From Gemmatimonadales bacterium (lineage in GTDB: Bacteria > Gemmatimonadota > Gemmatimonadetes > Gemmatimonadales > GWC2-71-9), in contig JBBDNM010000037.1 in assembly GCA_040877595.1 (NCBI GenBank), positions 59,277-123,276 on the forward strand: a stretch of DNA of 64,000 nt, written 5' to 3'. Below the pieces are notes generated by a model, which made no database searches, was not told where the DNA came from, and was given only the letters and a program-made list of their open reading frames with translations. Within the stretch, counting starts at the first letter, position 1. Every line of letters begins with the position of its first letter. A program made the position numbers and the translations under genes. This document shows positions 44,214 through 54,380 of the stretch, one piece after another.

Positions 44214-44909
44214 ATGCGGGCCATCGTTCGTCCGTTAGTCGCAGAATTTTTCGGAACCTTCGCGCTCATCTTCGTGGGGGCCGGCAGCATCATCATGGAG
44301 TTTCGCACCAACGGTGGCGTGGGCCTCGTTGGCATAGCGCTCGCGCATGGAGTCGTGCTGAGCGTGTGGGTTACGGCCGGCATGCGCATCTCGGGCGCCC
44401 ACTACAATCCCGCCATCACGTTCGCGCTATGGATGAGCCGACACATTGATGGCAAGGGCGCCCTGCGTTATGTCGGTGCCCAGCTTGCGGGTGCCGTGAC
44501 CGCGGCACTGGTGCTCAGCCTGCTCTTCCCGTCCGCCGCCACCATCGCCGCCGATCTCGGCGTTCCGCGGCTGGCCAGCGGCGTGGACCTGACGCGTGGC
44601 ATCCTGATCGAGGCCCTCCTGACGTTTTTCCTGGTGAGCGCCATGTACGGTACCGTCGTGTCGTCGGAGGCGCCTTCGGTAGGCGGGTTCGGCGTTGGCC
44701 TCGCCCTGTTCTTCAGCATTCTCGCCGCCGGCCCACTCACCGGCGGCGCGCTCAACCCGGCCCGCGCGTTCGGACCCGCCCTCGTGGCCGGCGCGTGGCA
44801 TGGGCACATCGCCTACTGGATTGGCCCGGCACTCGGGGCCGCCGTCGCATCATTGATCTGGTCCAAGGTACTGCTGCCCTTGCCCTCGGCACGGATCGGT
44901 AAGACCTGA
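44214..44909 (+). CDS. aqpZ: MIP-family channel (aquaporin)
   Basis: Two NPA boxes ('GAHYNPAITFA', 'GALNPARAFGPA') and six TM helices. Confidence 0.85.
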   Translation: MRAIVRPLVAEFFGTFALIFVGAGSIIMEFRTNGGVGLVGIALAHGVVLSVWVTAGMRISGAHYNPAITFALWMSRHIDGKGALRYVGAQLAGAVTAALVLSLLFPSAATIAADLGVPRLASGVDLTRGILIEALLTFFLVSAMYGTVVSSEAPSVGGFGVGLALFFSILAAGPLTGGALNPARAFGPALVAGAWHGHIAYWIGPALGAAVASLIWSKVLLPLPSARIGKT

Positions 44910-44917
44910 TCACCAGG

Positions 44918-45454
44918 TTGCGATCAGTACTGGCGGGCTGGGCCCTGCGCCGAGCCCGCCGGAGCGACGGGGCGGCCACCGATCGCTGGCTGGCGCGCTC
45001 GGCCCGGTGGAGTCCCGGGTACTCCCACGCGCACGCCGAGTTGCAGCGGCGCCTGCTCGCCAAGGGCGATCACGCCACCGCGCTCCGCGAGGCGCAGGAC
45101 GCCAACCGCCGGTTCCCCAAGAACGGGGACGCCTGGGTGCTGCTCGGTGAAGCGTATCGCGCGATGTACCGCACGAAGGACGCACTGGTCGCGTTCGAGC
45201 AGGCGCTCATGCTGGAGGAACGAGCCGACGCCGCGATGGCCGCAGGCGCCGCATATCGTCAACTGGGGGACTGGACCAACGCCGGTGCCCAGTTTGCGAG
45301 GGCCTACGCGGCGGGCGCGGGACCTGAGGCGTTGAAGGCCAATGCCGAGATGTTGCGAAAGGCGGGGGATGGACAGGCCGCGGAAGAAGCGGAGCGCCGG
45401 TGGCGCGACGAGACTAGCGCCGGCGCTCGCGCCGCACCCGAAGGAACAGCGTAA
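44918..45454 (+). CDS. TPR-repeat protein
   Basis: 178 aa with a TTG start. Repeated 'A...........G....A...F..A' TPR-like units ('GDAWVLLGEAYRAMYRTKDALVAFEQAL'). Confidence 0.5.
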   Translation: MRSVLAGWALRRARRSDGAATDRWLARSARWSPGYSHAHAELQRRLLAKGDHATALREAQDANRRFPKNGDAWVLLGEAYRAMYRTKDALVAFEQALMLEERADAAMAAGAAYRQLGDWTNAGAQFARAYAAGAGPEALKANAEMLRKAGDGQAAEEAERRWRDETSAGARAAPEGTA

Positions 45455-45527
45455 CGACGTAGGTCAGTACGATCACTGCGGTCACGACGTACGCGGCCAC
45501 CATGAAATTCCCATTATCCGGCGGCAT
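45414..45527 (-). CDS. ccmD: Heme exporter protein D (CcmD), small ORF not in the ORF track
   Basis: Reverse translation gives MPPDNGNFMVAAYVVTAVIVLTYVVTLFLRVRRERRR*, a single TM helix followed by a basic tail. It lies immediately after ccmC. The alternative start ATG 45503 gives 29 aa. Confidence 0.65.
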   Translation of the reverse strand: MPPDNGNFMVAAYVVTAVIVLTYVVTLFLRVRRERRR

Positions 45528-46218
45528 GGGCTTCCCTTTCCAGTCGCAGGTCCCTGAGCGCGCCGAGCGCATACCGCTGCATCACCAACCCGACATACAG
45601 CATCGTGAACACCCCGAACGATGCCAGGAGCGTCACCAGCATCACGCCCGGCAGGGCGGGACCATCCGTGCGCAGGACAATGGGCTCCGGATGCTGGGTG
45701 CGAAACAGATAGACCGTGAGATGGATGAACGGAATCAACGCCAGACCCATCACGCCCACCACCGCCGAGAACCGCGCGCGCATGCCCGGATCGGTCACGG
45801 CTCCCCGCAACAACAAATAGCCAATGAACAGCAGGAACAGGAACAGCGTGGACGTGAGCCGGGCGTCCCAGGTCCACCACGTGCCCCAGATGGGCTTGGC
45901 CCAGATCGGCCCGGTGGTCAGCAAGATGGTGGCCAGCACGACGCCCACCTCGGCCGAGGCCTCGGCGAAGAGATCAATGCGCCGATCCTTGAGCCAGAGG
46001 TACAGGAGGCTCAGCACCCCGGCGATCCCGAACGCGAGAAACGTCGCCCACGCCGCCGGCACATGCAGGTAGAAAATCTTCTGGGCCAGGCCCTGGGTGC
46101 GTTCGACAGGTGTGTACGCCAACGCGCGCGCGTAAATGCCGGCGAGCGCGATCACCGCAAGTACCGTGATGCCGAAGCCGATGCGGGCCACACGGGTTGC
46201 GCGTTCGGTGGTGATCAT
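45514..46218 (-). CDS. ccmC: Heme exporter protein CcmC
   Basis: The 'WAKPIWGTWWTWDARLTS' block is the WGxxWxWD tryptophan-rich heme-handling motif. Six TM helices. Confidence 0.9.
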   Translation of the reverse strand: MITTERATRVARIGFGITVLAVIALAGIYARALAYTPVERTQGLAQKIFYLHVPAAWATFLAFGIAGVLSLLYLWLKDRRIDLFAEASAEVGVVLATILLTTGPIWAKPIWGTWWTWDARLTSTLFLFLLFIGYLLLRGAVTDPGMRARFSAVVGVMGLALIPFIHLTVYLFRTQHPEPIVLRTDGPALPGVMLVTLLASFGVFTMLYVGLVMQRYALGALRDLRLEREAHAAG

Positions 46219-46895
46219 TCGTCAAGGGTCGCCGGAAAAAGAAGCGAAGCGAGTGTCAGGAACACGATATCAAACGCCGCGATCAACTTAAGCCACCCCA
46301 TCACCTCACTCAAGGGACGTCCCTCAAGGAGACGTGCCGTGATCTGCACCCCGGCTACCGCGGGCGGAAACAGGAACGGCAAGAGCAACAACACCAACAA
46401 CAACTCGCCGTGTCGCGTGCGCGCGGTCATCGCGCTGACGAGGGTGCCCACCGCGACGAACGCCACCGTGGCCAGCAGGATGACGCCCGCGATCACCGGC
46501 AGGCGCGTCCAGCCCGCCACATCGTAGAACAGGAACGCGACCGGCAGACTCACGGCCTCGATGGACGCAACGAACAGCAGGTTGCCGAGCCACTTGCCCC
46601 AGAAAATGGCTTCGCGCGGAATCGGGCTCAGCAGGAGGCCGTCGAAGGCCATGCGCTCCCGTTCGACATCAAACGCACGACGCAGGCCCAGCATCGTGGC
46701 AAACACGAAGGTCACCCACAAGGCGCCCGGCGCGATGGCGCCCGCACTCACGGCCGTCGGGTCACGCGAGAAGAAGATGACGGCGAGCACCAGCACCGCA
46801 AACGCGAGCGCCGAGACAAACGCCGTGCGCGTGCGCCATTCAATACGCAGATCCTTCGCGGCAATCCAGAGAGCGGCGCGGACGACACCCGTCAT
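46215..46895 (-). CDS. ccmB: Heme exporter permease CcmB
   Basis: 226 aa, six TM helices, 'KDLRIEWRTRTAF' N-terminus. ATGA overlaps with both ccmA and ccmC. Confidence 0.85.
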   Translation of the reverse strand: MTGVVRAALWIAAKDLRIEWRTRTAFVSALAFAVLVLAVIFFSRDPTAVSAGAIAPGALWVTFVFATMLGLRRAFDVERERMAFDGLLLSPIPREAIFWGKWLGNLLFVASIEAVSLPVAFLFYDVAGWTRLPVIAGVILLATVAFVAVGTLVSAMTARTRHGELLLVLLLLPFLFPPAVAGVQITARLLEGRPLSEVMGWLKLIAAFDIVFLTLASLLFPATLDE

Positions 46896-47494
46896 GAGAG
46901 CACTCCGCGCTCGAGCGTGCGCGTCGCCGTGCCGATTCCGTCCAGCTCCTCGGGCCGGTGGCTGACCACCAGCATCGCGGTACCGCGCGCCTTGAGCTCG
47001 GTCAGGAGGTCGCGGACCACCGCGGTGCTGGCCCGGTCGAGCCCGGTGAACGGTTCGTCGAGCAGCAGCACGCCTGGGTCTGGCAGCAGGGCGCGCGCAA
47101 TGCTCAGGCGCTGCAGCATGCCGCGACTGAATGTGCCGGCCCGGTCGGTGGCGCGATCGGCCAGCCCGAGCCGTTGCAGCAGACCGTCCACGACATCGGC
47201 GGCCACGCCGTGCAGCCGCGCAAAGAAGCGGAGATTCTCCCGCGCCGAGAGCGCGTCGTACACCATCGCTTCATGCGCGACGAAACCCACCGGCGCGTGG
47301 CGCGCGACCGATCCGGCGTGCGGTCGCAGCAGCCCGGCGAGCACCCGAAGCAACGTGGTCTTGCCGGCGCCGTTGGGACCCAGCAACACCACCACATCGC
47401 CCGTACACAGCGTCAGGGAAAGGTCGCGCAGCACCGTGCGGTACCCGTACCGCCGGGTGATACCGGCCGCGGCGAGCCGCGGCTCAGCGTACAT
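46892..47494 (-). CDS. ccmA: Heme exporter ATP-binding protein CcmA
   Basis: Walker A 'GPNGAGKTT', signature-like 'FSRGMLQRLSIA', Walker B 'LLLDEP'. 200 aa, at the head of ccmBCD. Confidence 0.85.
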   Translation of the reverse strand: MYAEPRLAAAGITRRYGYRTVLRDLSLTLCTGDVVVLLGPNGAGKTTLLRVLAGLLRPHAGSVARHAPVGFVAHEAMVYDALSARENLRFFARLHGVAADVVDGLLQRLGLADRATDRAGTFSRGMLQRLSIARALLPDPGVLLLDEPFTGLDRASTAVVRDLLTELKARGTAMLVVSHRPEELDGIGTATRTLERGVLS

Positions 47495-47894
47495 CGTGGA
47501 TGGTGCGCGCGAGTTCGTTCAGGTCGAAGGGCTTGACCAGGTACCCCGAGTGCGCGAGACCCAGGACTTCGACCACCGGCTGCATGCTCGAGTACGACGT
47601 GGTGATGATCACGGGGAGGTCAGGCGTGCGCCGCCGCACCTCGCGAAGCACTTCTACGCCATCATCATCGGGCAGGTGCAGGTCGAGTACCACGACATCG
47701 GGTCGGAACGCCGCCAGCTCCGCCCGCGCGGCCGCGCCGGTTGCCGCGAACGCCATGACCAAGTCGCGCGCAAAGAATCGCTGGTAGGCCCGCAGCAGAC
47801 CGGGCTCGTCGTCAATGAAGAGGACTCGTCGCTTGGGCAGGGCGGCGTGGGCCGGAATCGTCATCGCGCCAAAAATATAGCGCGGCGCCCTCAT
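47484..47894 (-). CDS. Stand-alone response-regulator receiver (CheY-like)
   Basis: '[10 protein letters not shown]', the phospho-acceptor context '[13 protein letters not shown]', and 'GYLVKPF'. It overlaps ccmA by 11 nt. The start could be ATG 47864. Confidence 0.8.
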   Translation of the reverse strand: MRAPRYIFGAMTIPAHAALPKRRVLFIDDEPGLLRAYQRFFARDLVMAFAATGAAARAELAAFRPDVVVLDLHLPDDDGVEVLREVRRRTPDLPVIITTSYSSMQPVVEVLGLAHSGYLVKPFDLNELARTIHDVR

Positions 47895-48196
47895 GGCGCG
47901 TCGGTGCCCAGCGGATCCAGTTCGAAGAGACTGTCGAGGCGCGTCACCATCAACAGGAACCGCACCTCGCTCGTGGGCGAGCGGAGCACCACCGGAATCT
48001 GCCGCTCGGCCGCGTGCCGCTGGATCAGGAGCAACGTGCCCAGTCCGGCGCTGTCGATGGAACGTGTCCCGCGCAGGTCCACGACCAACCGACCGCGGCC
48101 GGTGGCCACGGCGGCAAGCTCCGTCAGGGCGACCTGACGAAACGCTTCGCGTTCATCGAGCCCCAGCACTTCCGGGGCGGTCACGGTTCGGTCCAT
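47891..48196 (-). CDS. STAS-domain protein (anti-sigma-factor antagonist, SpoIIAA/RsbV-like)
   Basis: 101 aa. '[21 protein letters not shown]' contains the conserved phosphorylatable-Ser context. ATGA overlap with the REC gene. Confidence 0.75.
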   Translation of the reverse strand: MDRTVTAPEVLGLDEREAFRQVALTELAAVATGRGRLVVDLRGTRSIDSAGLGTLLLIQRHAAERQIPVVLRSPTSEVRFLLMVTRLDSLFELDPLGTDAP

Positions 48197-48343
48197 GCCC
48201 CCCTAAAAGCAAGAACCGGTGCCATGTCAAGAAGTCCACAGAAAACGCCAGAAAGCGAAAGGAATGTGGCATGGGTCACGAGCCCCCGGGATGCAGGACG
48301 CAATGCAGGTTGTGTTCTGCAAACCCGACAGCAAATTCTGGGC

Positions 48344-50296
<1,953 letters not shown>

Positions 50297-50378
50297 GTGT
50301 TTGAGCAGGATTTGAGGTTGACTCCTTACCGTGGCGCATGGTTCGCTCTTGCGCACTCGGCCGAGGAGACCCCAACGT

Positions 50379-50930
50379 ATGGTTATGCCGAATACCGCCC
50401 GGTTGTACACGGTGGACGAGGTGCTTGGGTTCCCGGCGGATGGGAACCGGTACGAGGTCGTGGACGGCGAGCTGCTCGTGACGCCGTCGCCGCGCAGTCG
50501 GCACCAGATGGTGGTCGGTGAGCTTTACTATCTGCTCAAAGAGCATCTGCGACGGCACCCCAGCAATCTCCGCGTGGCGCTCTCGCCTGCCGACATCCGG
50601 TTTCCGGGTGAGGTCCTCGTCCAGCCCGACATCTTCGTTGTGCCCGTCGAGGAGTTGTCCGCCCAGGACTGGTCGAGCGTCAAGACGCTGGTGCTCGCCG
50701 TCGAGGTCCTGTCGCCCAGTTCGGCACGGGGGGACCGGGTCGTCAAGCGCCGCCTGTTCCAACGTCAGGGCGTGCCCGTGTACTGGGTGGTGGATCCCGA
50801 TGCCCGCATGGTCGAGGTCTGGCGCCCCGGGGACGACCGGCCCGAGGTGGTCACCGAAGTTCTGGTGTGGGACGCGGCGCCCGGAGTGCCGTTGATGGTA
50901 TCGCTCGACCAAGTTTTTCAAGAGTGCTAG
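50379..50930 (+). CDS. Uma2-family (DUF820) PD-(D/E)xK-like endonuclease
   Basis: 'YEVVDGELLVTPSP...H', 'QPDIFVV' and 'LAVEVLSPSS...D...K...Y...GV..YWVVDP' are the characteristic Uma2 blocks. The start is ATG 50379 or 50385; the ORF track gives 50331. Confidence 0.75.
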   Translation: MVMPNTARLYTVDEVLGFPADGNRYEVVDGELLVTPSPRSRHQMVVGELYYLLKEHLRRHPSNLRVALSPADIRFPGEVLVQPDIFVVPVEELSAQDWSSVKTLVLAVEVLSPSSARGDRVVKRRLFQRQGVPVYWVVDPDARMVEVWRPGDDRPEVVTEVLVWDAAPGVPLMVSLDQVFQEC

Positions 50931-50963
50931 CATTCGTCGTAATGACAACAGCCAGTTGCAGTT

Positions 50964-50986
50964 ATATCATAAGCGGCTTATGATAT
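50964..50986. promoter_or_regulatory. Perfect 11-bp inverted repeat ATATCATAAGC-g-GCTTATGATAT (candidate operator/promoter)
   Basis: Read directly. It ends 3 nt before the ATG at 50990 and lies in the lowest-GC stretch of this part of the window. It contains a TATGAT hexamer. Confidence 0.45.
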
Positions 50987-50989
50987 GAA

Positions 50990-51253
50990 ATGCCGAAGCC
51001 CAGCAAGTACCTGGCCGAAATCGGGGCGCGTGGCGGTCGCAAGAGCCGCCGGGTGCTGGATCCCGAGGCCGCCCGCTCGATGGTCCGGGTGCGGGAGGCT
51101 CGCCGCGCCTTCAAGCGCTTCCGCACCTCGTGTTTCTGGTCGTACCGTCCTGACCTTGCCATTGGCGTGGACGACGTCGCGTGGGTCGCTGAGCAGTTGA
51201 TGAAACATGGAAATCGCGAGGCGTGGCGTATAGGGGCGCGGTTGTGCCGCTAA
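50990..51253 (+). CDS. Small basic protein, unknown function; candidate partner/antitoxin of the downstream nucleotidyltransferase
   Basis: 87 aa with a basic N-terminus, 'AEIGARGGRKSRRVLDPEAARSMVRVREARRA'. Its 3' end overlaps the start of the next gene. Confidence 0.45.
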   Translation: MPKPSKYLAEIGARGGRKSRRVLDPEAARSMVRVREARRAFKRFRTSCFWSYRPDLAIGVDDVAWVAEQLMKHGNREAWRIGARLCR

Positions 51254-52047
51254 CCGAATTCCAGCAGGCATTGCTCGCAACGCTCGCGGCTTCGCCAGCG
51301 GCAGACCGGTACCTCGCGGGCGGAGCGGCATTGCACTTCCAGCCCAACTCGGCCCGCTATAGCGACGACCTTGATTTCTTTCACGACTCCGAGGCCCGCG
51401 TCGCGGCGGCGTTCAGCGCGGATCGCGCGGTTCTTGCAGCCGCCGGCTACGAGGTCGAAGTCGAACTGAGCCAGCCGGGACTCGTGCGGGCCATTGCCCG
51501 GCGCGGAAGTGGCGCAACACGGGTGGACTGGGCCCACGACTCCGCGTGGCGTTTCATGCCGTTGGTGCGTGACCCGCTCGGCGGCCTGTTGCTCCATCCG
51601 GTGGATCTCGCCATCAACAAGGTCCTTGCTCTGGCAGGCCGGGATGAGCCGCGCGACTTCGTGGACATACTCTATGCCCACGAGCACATCCTCTCGTTGG
51701 GCCCGCTGGTGTGGGCTGCCGTGGGCAAGGATCCAGGGTTCACGCCACTCTCCCTATTGGAGCTGCTCAAGCGACGTGGGCGGTATCGGCCGACCGATTT
51801 CGAGCGCCTGCACCTTGCCGAGCCGTTCGACCTTGCCGGCGCGAAGCACACCTGGCTCGACGCGCTCGAACGGGCCGAGCGGTTCGTGCGGGAACGCCCG
51901 GCGGAAGAAAGTGGTTGTTTGTACTACTCAACTGCAAAGGACGGTTTCGTCACGCCGCTGCCGGATCGCGCGCTCGACGCGCAGGAGTTGGTTCCGCACT
52001 TCGGCGCGCTGGGTGGCGTGGTGCCGCGCGCGTCGGAACCCTCCTGA
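51223..52047 (+). CDS. AbiEii/AbiGii-family (DUF1814) nucleotidyltransferase, toxin-like
   Basis: 'YLAGGAALHFQPNSARYSDDLDFF' fits the GG[TS]AL...R.S.D[IL]DF nucleotidyltransferase motif of AbiEii. The alternative start GTG 51244 overlaps the upstream stop by 10 nt. Confidence 0.6.
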   Translation: MAYRGAVVPLTEFQQALLATLAASPAADRYLAGGAALHFQPNSARYSDDLDFFHDSEARVAAAFSADRAVLAAAGYEVEVELSQPGLVRAIARRGSGATRVDWAHDSAWRFMPLVRDPLGGLLLHPVDLAINKVLALAGRDEPRDFVDILYAHEHILSLGPLVWAAVGKDPGFTPLSLLELLKRRGRYRPTDFERLHLAEPFDLAGAKHTWLDALERAERFVRERPAEESGCLYYSTAKDGFVTPLPDRALDAQELVPHFGALGGVVPRASEPS

Positions 52048-52067
52048 CACCAGGCGGGTAAGGGTCG

Positions 52068-53955
52068 GTGTCCATGCGAACGACTCGAGTGGCACCGCTC
52101 CCATTGCTGGCAGCGCTGACCGTGGTCTGTGGCGACCCCAATGACCCCGCCTCACGTGCCGTAGCCGTTGAGATCCTGTCCGCGCCGCTCGTTGCCCTCG
52201 TTGATGACACGCTTGCCCTGACCGCGCAGGCGCTCGACGCTGATGGTCGGGTGGTTTCTGACGTACCGTTCACTTGGTCCTCCTCCGATCCCGTTGTTCT
52301 TACCGTCGATTCTGCAGGTGGGCGCGTGGTTGGGCAGGCCCGGGGTCAGGCATTCGTCGTCGTCAGAGTCCCGAGTAGTGCGGCGGACTCCGTTACGGCA
52401 CTGATCCAGCCGAGGCCGGCATCGTTGGTGGTCGCCGCAGGCAATGGGCAGCAGGGCATCATGCACAACCCCCTCCCCCTCCCGATCGAATTGCTCTTGA
52501 CGGCAGAGGACGGGAGCGGTGTGCGGGGTGTGGGACTTGCACTCAGCGTCACCGGTGGCGGCTCGACGGACCCGTTTGCGGTGACCGACTCGGCGGGCCG
52601 CGCGCGGGTTACGTGGACGATGGGCTCCGAGGGCAACCAGTCACTCCGGGCCGTGACGCAAACTCGTGAAGCGCTTGAAGCCAACGCCGCCGCTACGAGC
52701 CTCGTGCCGGGGGTGTGGACCTGGGTTGGCGGTGATTCCGTGCCCAACGCATCGGGCGTGCACGGATCAATGGGGGTCGCATCGGACGACACGTGGCCGG
52801 GCGGTCGAATTCGCGGTGCCCATTGGGTCGGCCCCGACGGTGCCTTCTGGCTGTTCGGCGGCTTCGGCCACGACGGCGTTGGCGATTCCGGATGGCTGAA
52901 TGACCTCTGGCGTTTTGACGGGACCCGGTGGACCTGGATCGCAGGTTCGAATGGATCCAACAAGGCGGGCGTGTACGGAAGCAAGGGGGTGCCGTCGACT
53001 GGCAACGCCCCGGGAGGGCGCCGCAATGCGGCCGGGTGGATGGACGACGATGGCACCATCTGGATTTTCGGCGGCAATGGATTCGACGCGGCACTCACCA
53101 TTCCCCCCGGGCCGCTGAATGACTTGTGGCGGTTCGACGGAATGGCATGGACCTGGATGGCCGGTGACTCGCTCGTTCGGGGACCCGGCGTGTTTGGTAC
53201 CCGTGGAGTTGCGAACGCGGCGAATACGCCCTCGGCTCGCTTTGGGGCCGCATCGTGGACCGATCAGGACGGCCGCCACTGGCTGGTTCGGCCGTGGCGG
53301 TGACTTTCAGGACCTGCGCAACGACCTGTGGCGTCTGGACACAGGCATCTGGACCTGGGTCGCCGGCGATTCGATCGACATGCCGAGCCCGCGCTACGGA
53401 ACGCTCGGGGTCACGTCGCCTGACAACGTGCCCGGCGGCCACGGTCTCGGCGCGGGGTGGTCCACACCCGCGGGGCTGTTCGTGTTTGGCGGCTATGGGG
53501 TGGACATCAACATTGCCGAAGGCGAGATGAACGACGTGTGGCGCCACACGAGCGCCGGCTGGGCGTGGGTCGCGGGATCAGCCACGGCCGACCCGCTGGG
53601 TTCGTACGGGACGCGAGGGCTCGCCGCCGCGACCAACACGCCAGGTGGACGGACCAGTGCGGCCTATGCCGGGGTGGATGATGGCGTAGTGATCTTCGGC
53701 GGGTTCGGACGCGAGCAGACGGGGAGCCTGGGGCCACTGGGCGACCTGTGGTTCTTCGACGGTGTACGGTGGACGTGGATGGCAGGCAGCCGGTTCACCG
53801 GAAGCACCGGCGTGTATGGTACCCGCGGCGTACCACATCCTGCGAACGCGCCGGGCGCGCGCGTCTCGGCCGTCATGTGGCGCGGCACGGGCAACAGCGT
53901 GTGGCTTTTTGGGGGTTCGTCGCGGAACGATCTGTGGAGGTGGCAGCCGAACTAG
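52068..53955 (+). pseudogene. Big_2 plus six-bladed Kelch/beta-propeller lipoprotein, split by a 1-nt frameshift near 53285
   Basis: ORFs 52068..53303 and 53119..53955 carry one continuous repeat series: six 'NDLWRFDG..WTW[VIM]AG' blades. Frame 1 ends '...SWTDQDGRHWLVRPWR*'. Frame 2 resumes 'GWFGRGGDFQDLRNDLWRLD'. Removing one G from CTGGTTC (53283-53289) restores 'GRHWLFGRGGDF'. Confidence 0.7.
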
Positions 53956-54380
53956 GCGGCACGACCGATCCGCCGCCACCCCACCACCGCCGTCACGAAA
54001 ATCGCCGCAATGATCACCGCACTCGCGATGCACCAGCGGCACCACGCCTCGATGACGAACGCCTCGAGATATTTGAGGTAGAGCGTAAACAGGACGGCGC
54101 CGCCAGACAGGATCAGGAGCCACAACGTGGGTTCCCGCCGCCCGGCCCACCGAGGCTGCAGGCCCCACAGCGACACGCCCAACAAAGCCGCGTACCCCAC
54201 CAACCCGATCACCGCGACCGGGATGCCCAGGATGGACGCCCACTCGGAGGTCTGGACCGTCTCGCACCCCCCCGTACCACACTGCAGCGGCCCCATGAAC
54301 CCGTAGCGCCACAGCGTGAGATAGGCCGACAACAGCAAGCCGATGAGCGCGAGCACCGCGCTCACCATGCGATGGGTCAT
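53952..54380 (-). CDS. Vitamin K epoxide reductase (VKOR) family membrane protein
   Basis: 142 aa, four TM helices. Loop Cys pair 'LQCGTGGC', 'SEWASILGIP', and the active-site CxxC 'WCRWC' in the last helix. Confidence 0.8.
   Translation of the reverse strand: MTHRMVSAVLALIGLLLSAYLTLWRYGFMGPLQCGTGGCETVQTSEWASILGIPVAVIGLVGYAALLGVSLWGLQPRWAGRREPTLWLLILSGGAVLFTLYLKYLEAFVIEAWCRWCIASAVIIAAIFVTAVVGWRRIGRAA

Noticed and set aside
48209-48224. sigma54-like element TGGCACCGGTTCTTGC (minus strand) just upstream of the STAS gene.
   Set aside because: The spacing is GG-N11-GC rather than the strictly conserved N10. The -12 element would lie only about 13 nt from the ATG. I treat it as a chance match unless transcription-start mapping says otherwise.
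52935-52960. The T-loop-like 'GGTTCGAATGG' string, as a possible tRNA.
   Set aside because: It lies inside the Kelch-repeat CDS. There is no acceptor or anticodon stem complementarity around it. No tRNA, rRNA, tmRNA or RNase P-like structure was found in any intergenic region, and all of those regions are short.
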